A stretch of DNA of 64,000 bases from an uncultured Candidatus Saccharibacteria bacterium. GTDB taxonomy: Bacteria > Patescibacteriota > Minisyncoccia > Phycocordibacterales > PALSA-1337. The stretch spans positions 32,405 through 96,404 of the forward strand of contig CAZYBH010000001.1 of assembly GCA_964645315.1 (NCBI GenBank). The letters are read 5' to 3'. How positions within the stretch are numbered: the stretch's first letter is position 1; the number at the start of each line of letters is the position of its first letter. Below are positions 1-8,228 of the stretch, piece after piece. The notes under the pieces were generated by a model, which was not told where the DNA came from, made no database searches, and worked only from the letters and a program-made list of their open reading frames with translations. A program made the translations under genes and the position numbers.

Positions 1-135
1 TAGTGATGATCTGAATCTTTTTGAAATTACAGATTCTTTGGATAGAATCATTGAGATTATCAAGAAAGCTCCGGTTAGTGAATGGTGGAGAAATATAAAT
101 TAGACAATTGGCCCTATTTCTGTTTAAGTATAATA

Positions 136-1368
136 ATGAATTTTAAAATTCTAAAGAAAAATGGAATGAGGGCTAGAGCCGGTATAATCGAGACTGCCAA
201 TGGCAATATCGAAACACCAGCTTTTATACCTGTGGGTACAAAGGCCACGGTCAAATCATTGACTACCGAACAAGTCAAAGATTATGTCGGAGCTCAAGCT
301 GTATTGGCAAATACTTACCATCTATATTTGCAACCTGGACACGAGATTATCGAGAAAGCTGGCGGTCTTGCCAAGTTTATGAATTGGAAAGGTCCGACAT
401 TTACCGATTCTGGCGGTTTCCAAGCCTTTTCTTTGGGTTCTGGTTTTGGCAAAAATAAAGTGGGCAAAATTGTTCAAAAGAAAGATGTCGTAGAGCCGGA
501 TCAAATAGACGAAAATATTGATCAAAATAATAATGAAATTGCTTTGGCTAAGCTCAATGATGATGGGGTAGAATTCAAATCGGTTATAGATGGTTCCACT
601 CATTTTTTTACTCCCGAAAAGTCGATCGAAATACAAAATGCTATTGGAGCGGATATTATTTTTGCTTTTGATGAGTGTATTTCTCCTCAAGAATCTTTCG
701 AAAAACAAAAGAAGGCCATAGACAGGACGGCTCTTTGGGCTGAGAGATGCATAGTGGAGCACAAACGCATAAGTCAGACTTCTGCAAATAAGTCAGCTTT
801 ATTTGGTATAGTGCAGGGTGGTCGCTATGAAGAATTGCGTAAGTACAGTGCCAAGACTATAGGTGCTATGGATTTTGCCGGTTTCGGTATCGGTGGCTCA
901 TTTGACAAAGACGATATTGGCACTGCTGTCGGCTGGGTCAACGATATTCTTCCGGAAGACAAGCCTAGACATCTACTGGGTATCGGTGATCCAAAGGATT
1001 TGATTTTGGGAATAGAAAACGGTGTCGATACCTTCGACTGTGTGGCTCCGACTAGGATTGCACGCAATGGCACAGCATATTGTCGGACAAAAAATTCAGA
1101 GAATGGCGATAAGTACACCATTAATCTACTAAATGCGAAGTTTATAAATGATTCTTTGCCGATAGATAAAGATTGTACTTGTTATACATGCAAAAATTAT
1201 TCTAGAAGTTATTTAGCTCATCTATTTCGAGCAAAAGAGATGCTTGCGGCGACCCTGGTCTCCATTCACAATTTATTTTTTGTCGTTGATCTAGTCAAGC
1301 AAGCTAGACAAGCTATTTTGGATGATAGGTGGGAAGAGTTTAAATACTATATCTCCTTGGGTTTGTAA
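136..1368 (+). CDS. tgt: queuine tRNA-ribosyltransferase (tRNA-guanine transglycosylase), with an internal insertion
   Basis: N-terminus MNFKIL..RARAGIIETANGNIETPAFIPVGT matches the Tgt start (ORF track 82..1368, start trimmed to the conserved Met). The Zn-binding C..C.C motif lies near the C-terminus. An ~40-aa D/N-rich insertion lies around aa 140-180. Confidence 0.85.
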   Translation: MNFKILKKNGMRARAGIIETANGNIETPAFIPVGTKATVKSLTTEQVKDYVGAQAVLANTYHLYLQPGHEIIEKAGGLAKFMNWKGPTFTDSGGFQAFSLGSGFGKNKVGKIVQKKDVVEPDQIDENIDQNNNEIALAKLNDDGVEFKSVIDGSTHFFTPEKSIEIQNAIGADIIFAFDECISPQESFEKQKKAIDRTALWAERCIVEHKRISQTSANKSALFGIVQGGRYEELRKYSAKTIGAMDFAGFGIGGSFDKDDIGTAVGWVNDILPEDKPRHLLGIGDPKDLILGIENGVDTFDCVAPTRIARNGTAYCRTKNSENGDKYTINLLNAKFINDSLPIDKDCTCYTCKNYSRSYLAHLFRAKEMLAATLVSIHNLFFVVDLVKQARQAILDDRWEEFKYYISLGL

Positions 1369-2363
1369 TCATTTGGAGCGCGCTCCAACCACCAATTCAT
1401 TTCATCTAGCTTGAGTAAACCTTCTTTGGCTCCTATATATTGGGCGACTGACATTGCATTTATCGGTGCAAGCATGAGGGCTTCGAGTGGGGTCTTGCCC
1501 AAAGCCAAAGCCGAAACGAATGTCGCAGACCAAGCATCACCGCAACCGGTCCTCTCAAGAGGGGGCTTGGGATCTGGATATATAGGCATATGATAGTAAT
1601 GATCACCATCAAACATATATGAACCTCGAGGGCCATCTGTAATGACTGGAAGTTTGATACCTAAGTTGTGGAAATAGCCAAGCATTGATTTTGGATCAGT
1701 TTTGAAACTTGGCCCACCGTGTTTGGTTGATTGGAGGATTCTCTCCGCCTCTTCGAGATTCACTACGAGCACATCGGCCCTCTTGTATATTTCTTCAAGT
1801 TTATTGAAACCCAATCTTATCTGACTTGATCCAGGTTGGAAGGCTAGCTTTATCTCAGGATTGGCTTTGAGATGCTCGATAATATCATGATGATATGAGG
1901 ATGAATTTGTTCCTACTGATGTAAGATAAATCCACTTTGTCGCTGGAATCTTGGGTAGTTTGTAATCATAATCTATGTGATTGACCAAAATAGTCCTATC
2001 GACATCATACCAAAGGACAAAATGATAATTTGTCGGCTTGCCTTTATTGACTTTGACTAGAGAGATATCGATATTATTTTGGGATAAATCTTTGCGACAA
2101 GCTAAGCCATTTTGATCATCGCCGACATTTGATATCAATGAAGTCTTGAGACCAAGTCTAGTGGCTGTAAGAGAAGCGTTGGCGGCATTGCCTGTGGCAT
2201 TTATTATTTTTGAAAATTCAAAAGGGACCTTGTCTCCAAAACGGAGACAAAGCTCACATGTATGATGATTGAGCTTACAATTTAGATGAGCATCTTTGAG
2301 GCGGATGAAAGCGTCTATGGTGATATCGCCAATGCAAACAATATCAAATTTTTTTCCAAACAT
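1347..2363 (-). CDS. PfkB-family carbohydrate/ribokinase-like kinase
   Basis: N-terminal IVCIGDITIDAF (glycine-rich substrate lid). C-terminal DRTGCGDAWSATFV anion-hole / catalytic Asp motif typical of the ribokinase/PfkB fold. Confidence 0.75.
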   Translation of the reverse strand: MFGKKFDIVCIGDITIDAFIRLKDAHLNCKLNHHTCELCLRFGDKVPFEFSKIINATGNAANASLTATRLGLKTSLISNVGDDQNGLACRKDLSQNNIDISLVKVNKGKPTNYHFVLWYDVDRTILVNHIDYDYKLPKIPATKWIYLTSVGTNSSSYHHDIIEHLKANPEIKLAFQPGSSQIRLGFNKLEEIYKRADVLVVNLEEAERILQSTKHGGPSFKTDPKSMLGYFHNLGIKLPVITDGPRGSYMFDGDHYYHMPIYPDPKPPLERTGCGDAWSATFVSALALGKTPLEALMLAPINAMSVAQYIGAKEGLLKLDEMNWWLERAPNDYKPKEI

Positions 2364-2395
2364 GGGGATATTATATCATGAATATGTGATAAGAT

Positions 2396-3277
2396 ATGTT
2401 TATGAAAACTCTAAGAGAATATTTGACTTTAGCAAAAGAGAAAAAAGTGGCAGTTGGTCATTTCAATGTTTCTTCGATAGATGGTATTTGGGCAGTAGCC
2501 GATGCTGGCAAAGCCATGAATGCTCCAGTTATTATCGGTGTTTCGGAAGGTGAAAGGGATTATATCGGGGTAAAGCAGGTGGCAGAAGTGGTCAGGAGCA
2601 TTCGAGAGGAGCGTGGCCAACCCATTTTCCTCAATGCTGATCATACATATTCTGTCGAAAGGGTAAAAGAAGCCATTTTAGCTGGTTTTGATTCAGTAAT
2701 ATTTGATGGTGCCGGTCTAAGCTTCGAAGAGAATGTCAAAAATACAAAAGAGTGTGTAGAGTTCGCAAAAGAACACAAATCTCTTATGGGGCAAAGTATT
2801 CTTATAGAGGGTGAGCTTGGATATATTGGCAAATCTTCCAAAGTACTAGATGAAGTACCACTTGGCGCTATCACCACTACAGAATCTATGACCAAGCCGG
2901 AAGATGCAAAAACATTTATAGAAATGACTGGCATAGACTTACTTGCACCTGCAATAGGCAATATCCACGGCATGATCCGAGGTGGTGATCCAGCTCTAAA
3001 TACTGTAAGAGCAAAAGAGATTTGTGATGCAATACCAGTACCTATAGTCCTTCATGGTGCTTCTGGCAATACTCCTACCGATATCAAGAAGACCATAGAA
3101 GCTGGGGCGGTCATAGTCCATGTCAGTACTGAGCTAAGAGTGGCATATAGAGCTGGTCTTATGAAGGCTTTGGCTATAGATCCAGATGAGGTTTCTCCAT
3201 ATAAGTATTTCAAACCAGCCAAGCTTGCTATGCAGAGGGTTGTTGAGGAAAAAATTAATATCTTTGGTATAATATAA
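2396..3277 (+). CDS. fba: class II fructose-bisphosphate aldolase (Fba / tagatose-bisphosphate aldolase family)
   Basis: LAKEKKVAVGHFNVSS.., NAPVIIGVSEG, LNADHT and LHGASG.. motifs of class II Zn-dependent aldolases. Confidence 0.85.
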   Translation: MFMKTLREYLTLAKEKKVAVGHFNVSSIDGIWAVADAGKAMNAPVIIGVSEGERDYIGVKQVAEVVRSIREERGQPIFLNADHTYSVERVKEAILAGFDSVIFDGAGLSFEENVKNTKECVEFAKEHKSLMGQSILIEGELGYIGKSSKVLDEVPLGAITTTESMTKPEDAKTFIEMTGIDLLAPAIGNIHGMIRGGDPALNTVRAKEICDAIPVPIVLHGASGNTPTDIKKTIEAGAVIVHVSTELRVAYRAGLMKALAIDPDEVSPYKYFKPAKLAMQRVVEEKINIFGII

Positions 3278-3279
3278 AC

Positions 3280-3531
3280 ATGTCATCAGGCGTAGAATTC
3301 GAAGAAGATAGTTTCAGTCGTTCATACGGCCAAGCCACACCTGGTCAAAGTTTTTCGCCCAGCTTAGCAAGTATGGGTTATGCAGACCCAAATCTTCCAA
3401 AAGGCATGGCCGGTTGGCTTATGAAGAAAGGTATAGTCAAGAGTCCACAAGGTGCACAGATGATGCTTGTTGGTATAATTATCTTCAATTGCATTGTTAC
3501 TGCTGTATTTTTAACAATATTATTAAAATAA
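3280..3531 (+). CDS. small hypothetical protein with C-terminal transmembrane helix
   Basis: ORF only. Hydrophobic C-terminus MMLVGIIIFNCIVTAVFLTILL. No recognisable family. Confidence 0.3.
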   Translation: MSSGVEFEEDSFSRSYGQATPGQSFSPSLASMGYADPNLPKGMAGWLMKKGIVKSPQGAQMMLVGIIIFNCIVTAVFLTILLK

Positions 3532-3653
3532 ATTTTATGTTTACAAAAAAATCCAATTTACCAAAGTCAACAAAGATGATTATGATAGCAGTTATTGCAT
3601 CAAATATCTTCGTTATTTATGCAGTAGTAAGTGGTTTGGTCTAATAAATTTAC

Positions 3654-4289
3654 ATGATTATACACAAACAAAATAAAACCAAGTGGTTCAATAGAGGTTT
3701 TACCCTCATCGAACTTCTTGTCGTTGTTTCTATTATAGGTATGCTTTCTTCAGTTGTTTTGGTCTCTGTGCAGGGGGCGAGGAATAAGGCGAAAGATGCT
3801 AAATTGATTTTGGAAGTTAAAGAATTACAGAAAGCTTTGGAATTGTATAGATTGGACAATGGTAAATATCCCGGCAATGTAGCGGGTGAACACTATTATC
3901 ATGGAACAAGGAATAACTGCATTGGAAATCCTGGTGATGGAGGTGCTCAAAATGGTCATACCCTGACTGAGGCTGGTATGTTTGATAATACTTTTACTTC
4001 TAAGTATATGCCAACTCTACCTACTGAATTGGTTTCATGTGGAATTTACTACATTGCTTTTTCAAATTCTGCAGAGGAAAGTTCTATTAATTGTATTGAT
4101 GGAAATAACGTTACTGTTCAACCAGATGGATATAATGGAAATAATAATAAAATAGCTGGTACGAATGCAAATGCTTATTTAATTTTGATTAAACCTCTAA
4201 CAAATATATCGACCGTATCTTTCCCTGTAATTGCTTGGCCCGTAAATCCAGATCCTTCAACAAGGTGTGTATTGGGTCCAGTTATGTAA
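3654..4289 (+). CDS. type IV pilin-like / pseudopilin protein (class III signal peptide)
   Basis: N-terminus ..RGFTLIELLVVVSIIGMLSS... = prepilin peptidase cleavage/methylation motif G|FTLIE followed by a hydrophobic helix. Confidence 0.8.
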   Translation: MIIHKQNKTKWFNRGFTLIELLVVVSIIGMLSSVVLVSVQGARNKAKDAKLILEVKELQKALELYRLDNGKYPGNVAGEHYYHGTRNNCIGNPGDGGAQNGHTLTEAGMFDNTFTSKYMPTLPTELVSCGIYYIAFSNSAEESSINCIDGNNVTVQPDGYNGNNNKIAGTNANAYLILIKPLTNISTVSFPVIAWPVNPDPSTRCVLGPVM

Positions 4290-4396
4290 AATAAATCGTT
4301 AAATACCTATAGTAATATTCCAAAATATGCTTTGACTATTTTCTGTATCCGTGTATAATAGCTCGCATGCTGTCATTAGATATAAAAAAGAGAGAT

Positions 4397-5032
4397 ATGA
4401 AGGTTGGAGCAGACACTATTCGCAATAGTGGCTCTATGCCTGCTGTCTTCTATGGTCCAAAAGAGACCTCAACTCCTATTATTGTAGATTCTATAGCCTT
4501 CAAAAAGGCTTGGAAGAAGGCTGGTTCTTCTTCTGTTATTATTTTGAAAGACGAAAAGGGCAATGAACACGAATCACTTATCCACGATGTAGATGTTCAT
4601 CCTCTTACCGATGAGCCAAGACATGCCGACTTCTATGTTATCGAAAAAGGCAAGAAAGTCCGCGTTGCCATTCCACTTATTTTCGAAGGTTCATCTCCAG
4701 CAGTCAAAGACTTGGGTGGTATTTTGGTCAAAGTTCGCCGTGATCTTGATATAGAGGCTGCTCCAAGAGATTTGCCTCAAAACCTTATTGTCGATATTTC
4801 AAAGCTTGCTCTATTGACCGATGTTATTACTGCAAAAGATATAGCTGTACCAAGCGGTGTTGAGATCAAGATCGGTTCAGATGAGGTTATCGCTTCGATC
4901 GCTGTTGCCAAGGAAGAAGTAGAAGAAGCTCCTACAGCGATAGATGTTTCCGCTATCGAAGTTGAGGCAAAGGGTAAGGAAGCAAAGGAAGGTGAAGCTC
5001 CTGCTGATGCTCCAGCTCCAGAAAAGAAATAA
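4397..5032 (+). CDS. rplY: 50S ribosomal protein L25 / general stress protein Ctc
   Basis: MKVGADTIRNSGSMPAVFYGPKE.. L25/Ctc N-terminal domain plus an acidic A/E/P-rich C-terminal tail typical of Ctc-form L25. Confidence 0.8.
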   Translation: MKVGADTIRNSGSMPAVFYGPKETSTPIIVDSIAFKKAWKKAGSSSVIILKDEKGNEHESLIHDVDVHPLTDEPRHADFYVIEKGKKVRVAIPLIFEGSSPAVKDLGGILVKVRRDLDIEAAPRDLPQNLIVDISKLALLTDVITAKDIAVPSGVEIKIGSDEVIASIAVAKEEVEEAPTAIDVSAIEVEAKGKEAKEGEAPADAPAPEKK

Positions 5033-5202
5033 TTTTTCATTAGTGCATAAGTCTGACATCTGCATATACAAAATACTGCCAAAAGCAGTTTTTTGTTGAT
5101 TTTGCTTATTGCATATGTCACACATATGTATACCAATATTCTATTTGCTATTCTTTTTTTATAGCTATGCTAAAATTAGGCGGTACCAATAATAAATTTT
5201 TT

Positions 5203-5787
5203 ATGAAAAGAAAAAATCGTGGTTTTACGCTGATCGAACTTTTGGTTGTAATAAGTATCATAGGAGTCTTATCTTCGATCACATTGGTCTCGGTACAAGC
5301 TGTCAAAAATAAAGCAAAAGAAGCAAAAGGTTTTGTTGAAGTCAAAGAGCTTGTTAAGGCTTTAGAGCTGTACAAACTAGACAACAATAGTTATCCAGGT
5401 TTGCCGGATACATATTACGTTAGCTCTCAAAATGGGGTAGCTAAAACCTGTGATCAAGGTCAGGGTACGCTATGGACAAGTGTATTCGATGCAAATTTTA
5501 CCGGTAAGTATATGTCCAAGTTGCCGACCGAAAGTCAACCTTGCGGTATTATATATGTTAAGTATTCTGCCGATAATTCTGGAAATCCAACTATTACTTG
5601 TAACATATCGATTGATTCAACTCTTGGGTCATACAATAAGAGTCAATATGAATATTTCCTTATTTTGCTGACTGATTCAAACGGTATATATAAAAATCTT
5701 GGCTATGTTACTTGGCAATATCCTGGTGGAGCTGGTGGGCCTATAGTCCAAGCAGATCAAAAGTGCTTACCTGGTCCAGCGAAATAA
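5203..5787 (+). CDS. type IV pilin-like protein (second copy)
   Basis: KRKNRGFTLIELLVVISIIGVLSS.. prepilin motif. Paralogous to 3654..4289 (shared KAKEAK..VKEL.KALELY.LDN..YPG). Confidence 0.8.
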   Translation: MKRKNRGFTLIELLVVISIIGVLSSITLVSVQAVKNKAKEAKGFVEVKELVKALELYKLDNNSYPGLPDTYYVSSQNGVAKTCDQGQGTLWTSVFDANFTGKYMSKLPTESQPCGIIYVKYSADNSGNPTITCNISIDSTLGSYNKSQYEYFLILLTDSNGIYKNLGYVTWQYPGGAGGPIVQADQKCLPGPAK

Positions 5788-5796
5788 CAAAATTAA

Positions 5797-6666
5797 ATGA
5801 AAAATAGAGGATTTACCCTAATCGAATTGCTCGTAGTAGTTAGCTTGATAGGCATGTTATCTTCCATAGTTCTTGTCTCATTGCAGGCTGCTCGCGATAA
5901 GGGTCGTATAGCTTCTGCCATTATATTTTCTACCTCTATGTATCGCGGTTGGGGAGCGGATGCTTTTGGTGTATGGAATTTCGATGAGGCGAATAATGGA
6001 GATAATGCTCAGGATCAAGGTGCTTACGGTATTACATTGACCAAAGCTGCTGACGCTTCAGTTAGGTCTTCCGTGACACCTCTTTCATCTGGTAAATCGA
6101 TTGATTTTACTAATTCTGTTGCAGGTGATGCAGCAAGTTTCACTTCTGGTGATATTTCTACAAAAAATATATCTTTAACAAATTACACTGTAAGTCTGTG
6201 GATTTATCTAAACGATACCTCAAATTCTAAGGGTGTACCAATTTCAGTAAATACAATATCTGGTAGGGCAATTTTGTTTAATCTATCAACAATTGACACA
6301 ACCCCCTTTACATTATTTGCAGGTCCACAACTTGCTAATTGTGGAGGTGGCAGTACTTCTTTTTCAAATAAACCAAGTCCCCAGAAATGGATCAATTATG
6401 CATTTACTTGGGATAAATCTACTCAAGAGGTTAGATTATATGTTGATGGAAAGTACACAGCATCTTTAACTGGTTGTAATTCAAGTATTGGTAATGGGTC
6501 GTGGACGGCTCAATCTGTCTATGTGGGTAACTTTTCTGCAGGAGCTTCCCATTTTATTAAAGGTCTTGTAGACGAACTAGCAATCTATCCAAGCGTCCTC
6601 ACCGCATCCCAAATTCAAGAAATATATGCACAGGGATTGCCTAGACATATTGCCAAAAAGGACTAA
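5797..6666 (+). CDS. type IV pilin-like protein with C-terminal lectin/LamG-like beta domain (third copy)
   Basis: MKNRGFTLIELLVVVSLIGMLSS.. prepilin motif. The long C-terminal S/T/N-rich beta-rich region resembles concanavalin/LamG-like pilus adhesin domains (inference). Confidence 0.7.
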   Translation: MKNRGFTLIELLVVVSLIGMLSSIVLVSLQAARDKGRIASAIIFSTSMYRGWGADAFGVWNFDEANNGDNAQDQGAYGITLTKAADASVRSSVTPLSSGKSIDFTNSVAGDAASFTSGDISTKNISLTNYTVSLWIYLNDTSNSKGVPISVNTISGRAILFNLSTIDTTPFTLFAGPQLANCGGGSTSFSNKPSPQKWINYAFTWDKSTQEVRLYVDGKYTASLTGCNSSIGNGSWTAQSVYVGNFSAGASHFIKGLVDELAIYPSVLTASQIQEIYAQGLPRHIAKKD

Positions 6667-6709
6667 ATAATTTGCTAGGTTTAACCTCACAAAGTGTTAT
6701 AATAAAATT

Positions 6710-8056
6710 ATGAGAAAGGCGATTTTTTTGTTAATAACCGCTATTTTTTGTAGTTTTTTTGCATCTCAAGCATTGGCAGAGACTGCTTTGACGGATGAAC
6801 AAAGAGTGATGCTACAACAAGAATTGGCAAAAGTAGAGGCAGAGCAAAAGCAGGCTGCTATAGAGCTTGCAAATGCTCAGCAAAAGAGCGCCTCATTGGC
6901 AAGAGATATACAGGTTTTGGATGCCAAGATTAGAGCGGCACAGCTTGAGATAAAGGCCAAAAATATTTTGATACAGAGCCTAGGCAATGACATTTCCAAA
7001 AAGGTAAATAAAATAAATGACCTTGAAGATCGTATCGATAAGGGTAGGGATACTTTGGCTCAGATTTTGAGGAAGACAAATGAGATTGATCAAGTCTCGA
7101 TACCGATACTCCTATTATCTCAAAAGACTATTACAGGTTTTGTAAATGATTTGGATCAATTTGAATTGGTCCAAGAGAGTCTTCGGGATGTGGTGACAGA
7201 ACTCAAATCTGATAAGGCTTCGACTACGGTGGAAAAGGAGATACTAGATACTAGAAGAAATGCCGAAATGGATGCAAAATATGTTATCCAACAGCAACAA
7301 AAAAATATCGAAAGTGATCAGATAGAACAAAAGGAGTTATTGGCTTTGAGCAAAGGTGCCGAAAAATCATACACCAAGCTTATTGCCGAAAAGCAGGCAA
7401 GAGCAGCGCAGATCCGCTCGGCTTTGTTTGCCTTGAGAGATGCTGCTTCTATTCCATTTGGTCAGGCTTTGCAGTACGCTACTTTGGCCTCAAATAAGAC
7501 TGGCATAAGACCAGCTTTTTTGCTCGCTATTATTACTCAAGAATCAAACTTGGGTAGCAATGTGGGCAAATGTTATGTCACAAATCTTCAGACTGGAGCT
7601 GGTATAAATGCAAAGACGGGCAATAGTGTCCAAAATGTTATGAATCCCACTCGCGATATTCCAGCCTTTGTAGAAATTTTGAGCAAAATAGGTGGTGAGC
7701 CAACGAAACAAGTTGTCTCATGCCCACTAAGTGTCGGTTGGGGAGGAGCTATGGGTCCTGCTCAGTTTATCGCTTCGACATGGCTACTTATTGAAGATCG
7801 AGTAGCAAATTCTCTCGGTATAAATAGTATGCCAGATCCTTGGAATCCAGGACATGCCTTTATGGCTTCAGCTCTGTATTTGAGCGATTTGGGTGCCAAT
7901 ACCAAGACTTATACAGCAGAAAGAAACGCGGCTTGTAAATATTATTCTGGTAGGTCTTGTGGTTATGCTACTGGTAATACTTCATATGGCAATAGTGTCG
8001 TATCGCTCGCAGACAAAATACAACGTACTATGATTGATCCTTTGCAAGGATTGTAG
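6710..8056 (+). CDS. secreted coiled-coil protein with C-terminal lysozyme-like (lytic transglycosylase/SLT-like) domain
   Basis: Signal peptide. Q/E/K-rich coiled coil, aa 30-230. C-terminal FLLAIITQESNLG ... GPAQFIASTW resembles SLT-domain motifs (E-S ... GLMQ-like). Confidence 0.55.
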   Translation: MRKAIFLLITAIFCSFFASQALAETALTDEQRVMLQQELAKVEAEQKQAAIELANAQQKSASLARDIQVLDAKIRAAQLEIKAKNILIQSLGNDISKKVNKINDLEDRIDKGRDTLAQILRKTNEIDQVSIPILLLSQKTITGFVNDLDQFELVQESLRDVVTELKSDKASTTVEKEILDTRRNAEMDAKYVIQQQQKNIESDQIEQKELLALSKGAEKSYTKLIAEKQARAAQIRSALFALRDAASIPFGQALQYATLASNKTGIRPAFLLAIITQESNLGSNVGKCYVTNLQTGAGINAKTGNSVQNVMNPTRDIPAFVEILSKIGGEPTKQVVSCPLSVGWGGAMGPAQFIASTWLLIEDRVANSLGINSMPDPWNPGHAFMASALYLSDLGANTKTYTAERNAACKYYSGRSCGYATGNTSYGNSVVSLADKIQRTMIDPLQGL

Positions 8057-8059
8057 AAT

Positions 8060-8215
8060 GTACTACGCGTCATTCTCACTGATCCAAGCGTCATTCCTAC
8101 TGATGCAAGCGTCATTCCCGCGAAGGCGGGAATCCAGGATTACGCAAACTGAGTTGGATTCCCGCCTTCGCGGGAATGACGCAGGATGGTAATGACGCAG
8201 GATGGGAATAATGCA
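8060..8215. repeat. symmetric repeat array: three direct ~22-bp units (gcgtcattc...) then the same three inverted; the inner pair is a perfect 27-bp inverted repeat
   Basis: gcgtcattcccgcgaaggcgggaatcc at 8109-8135 and its exact reverse complement ggattcccgccttcgcgggaatgacgc at 8155-8181. Flanking gcgtcatt / aatgacgc units. Lies between convergent genes. Confidence 0.8.
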
Positions 8216-8228
8216 AAACCAATATCTT

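Noticed and set aside
8060-8215. Possible CRISPR array (short repeated units)
   Set aside because: Units are 9-27 bp with 10-20-bp spacers and are arranged symmetrically (direct then inverted), not as regularly spaced 28-37-bp repeats with 30-40-bp spacers. No cas genes.
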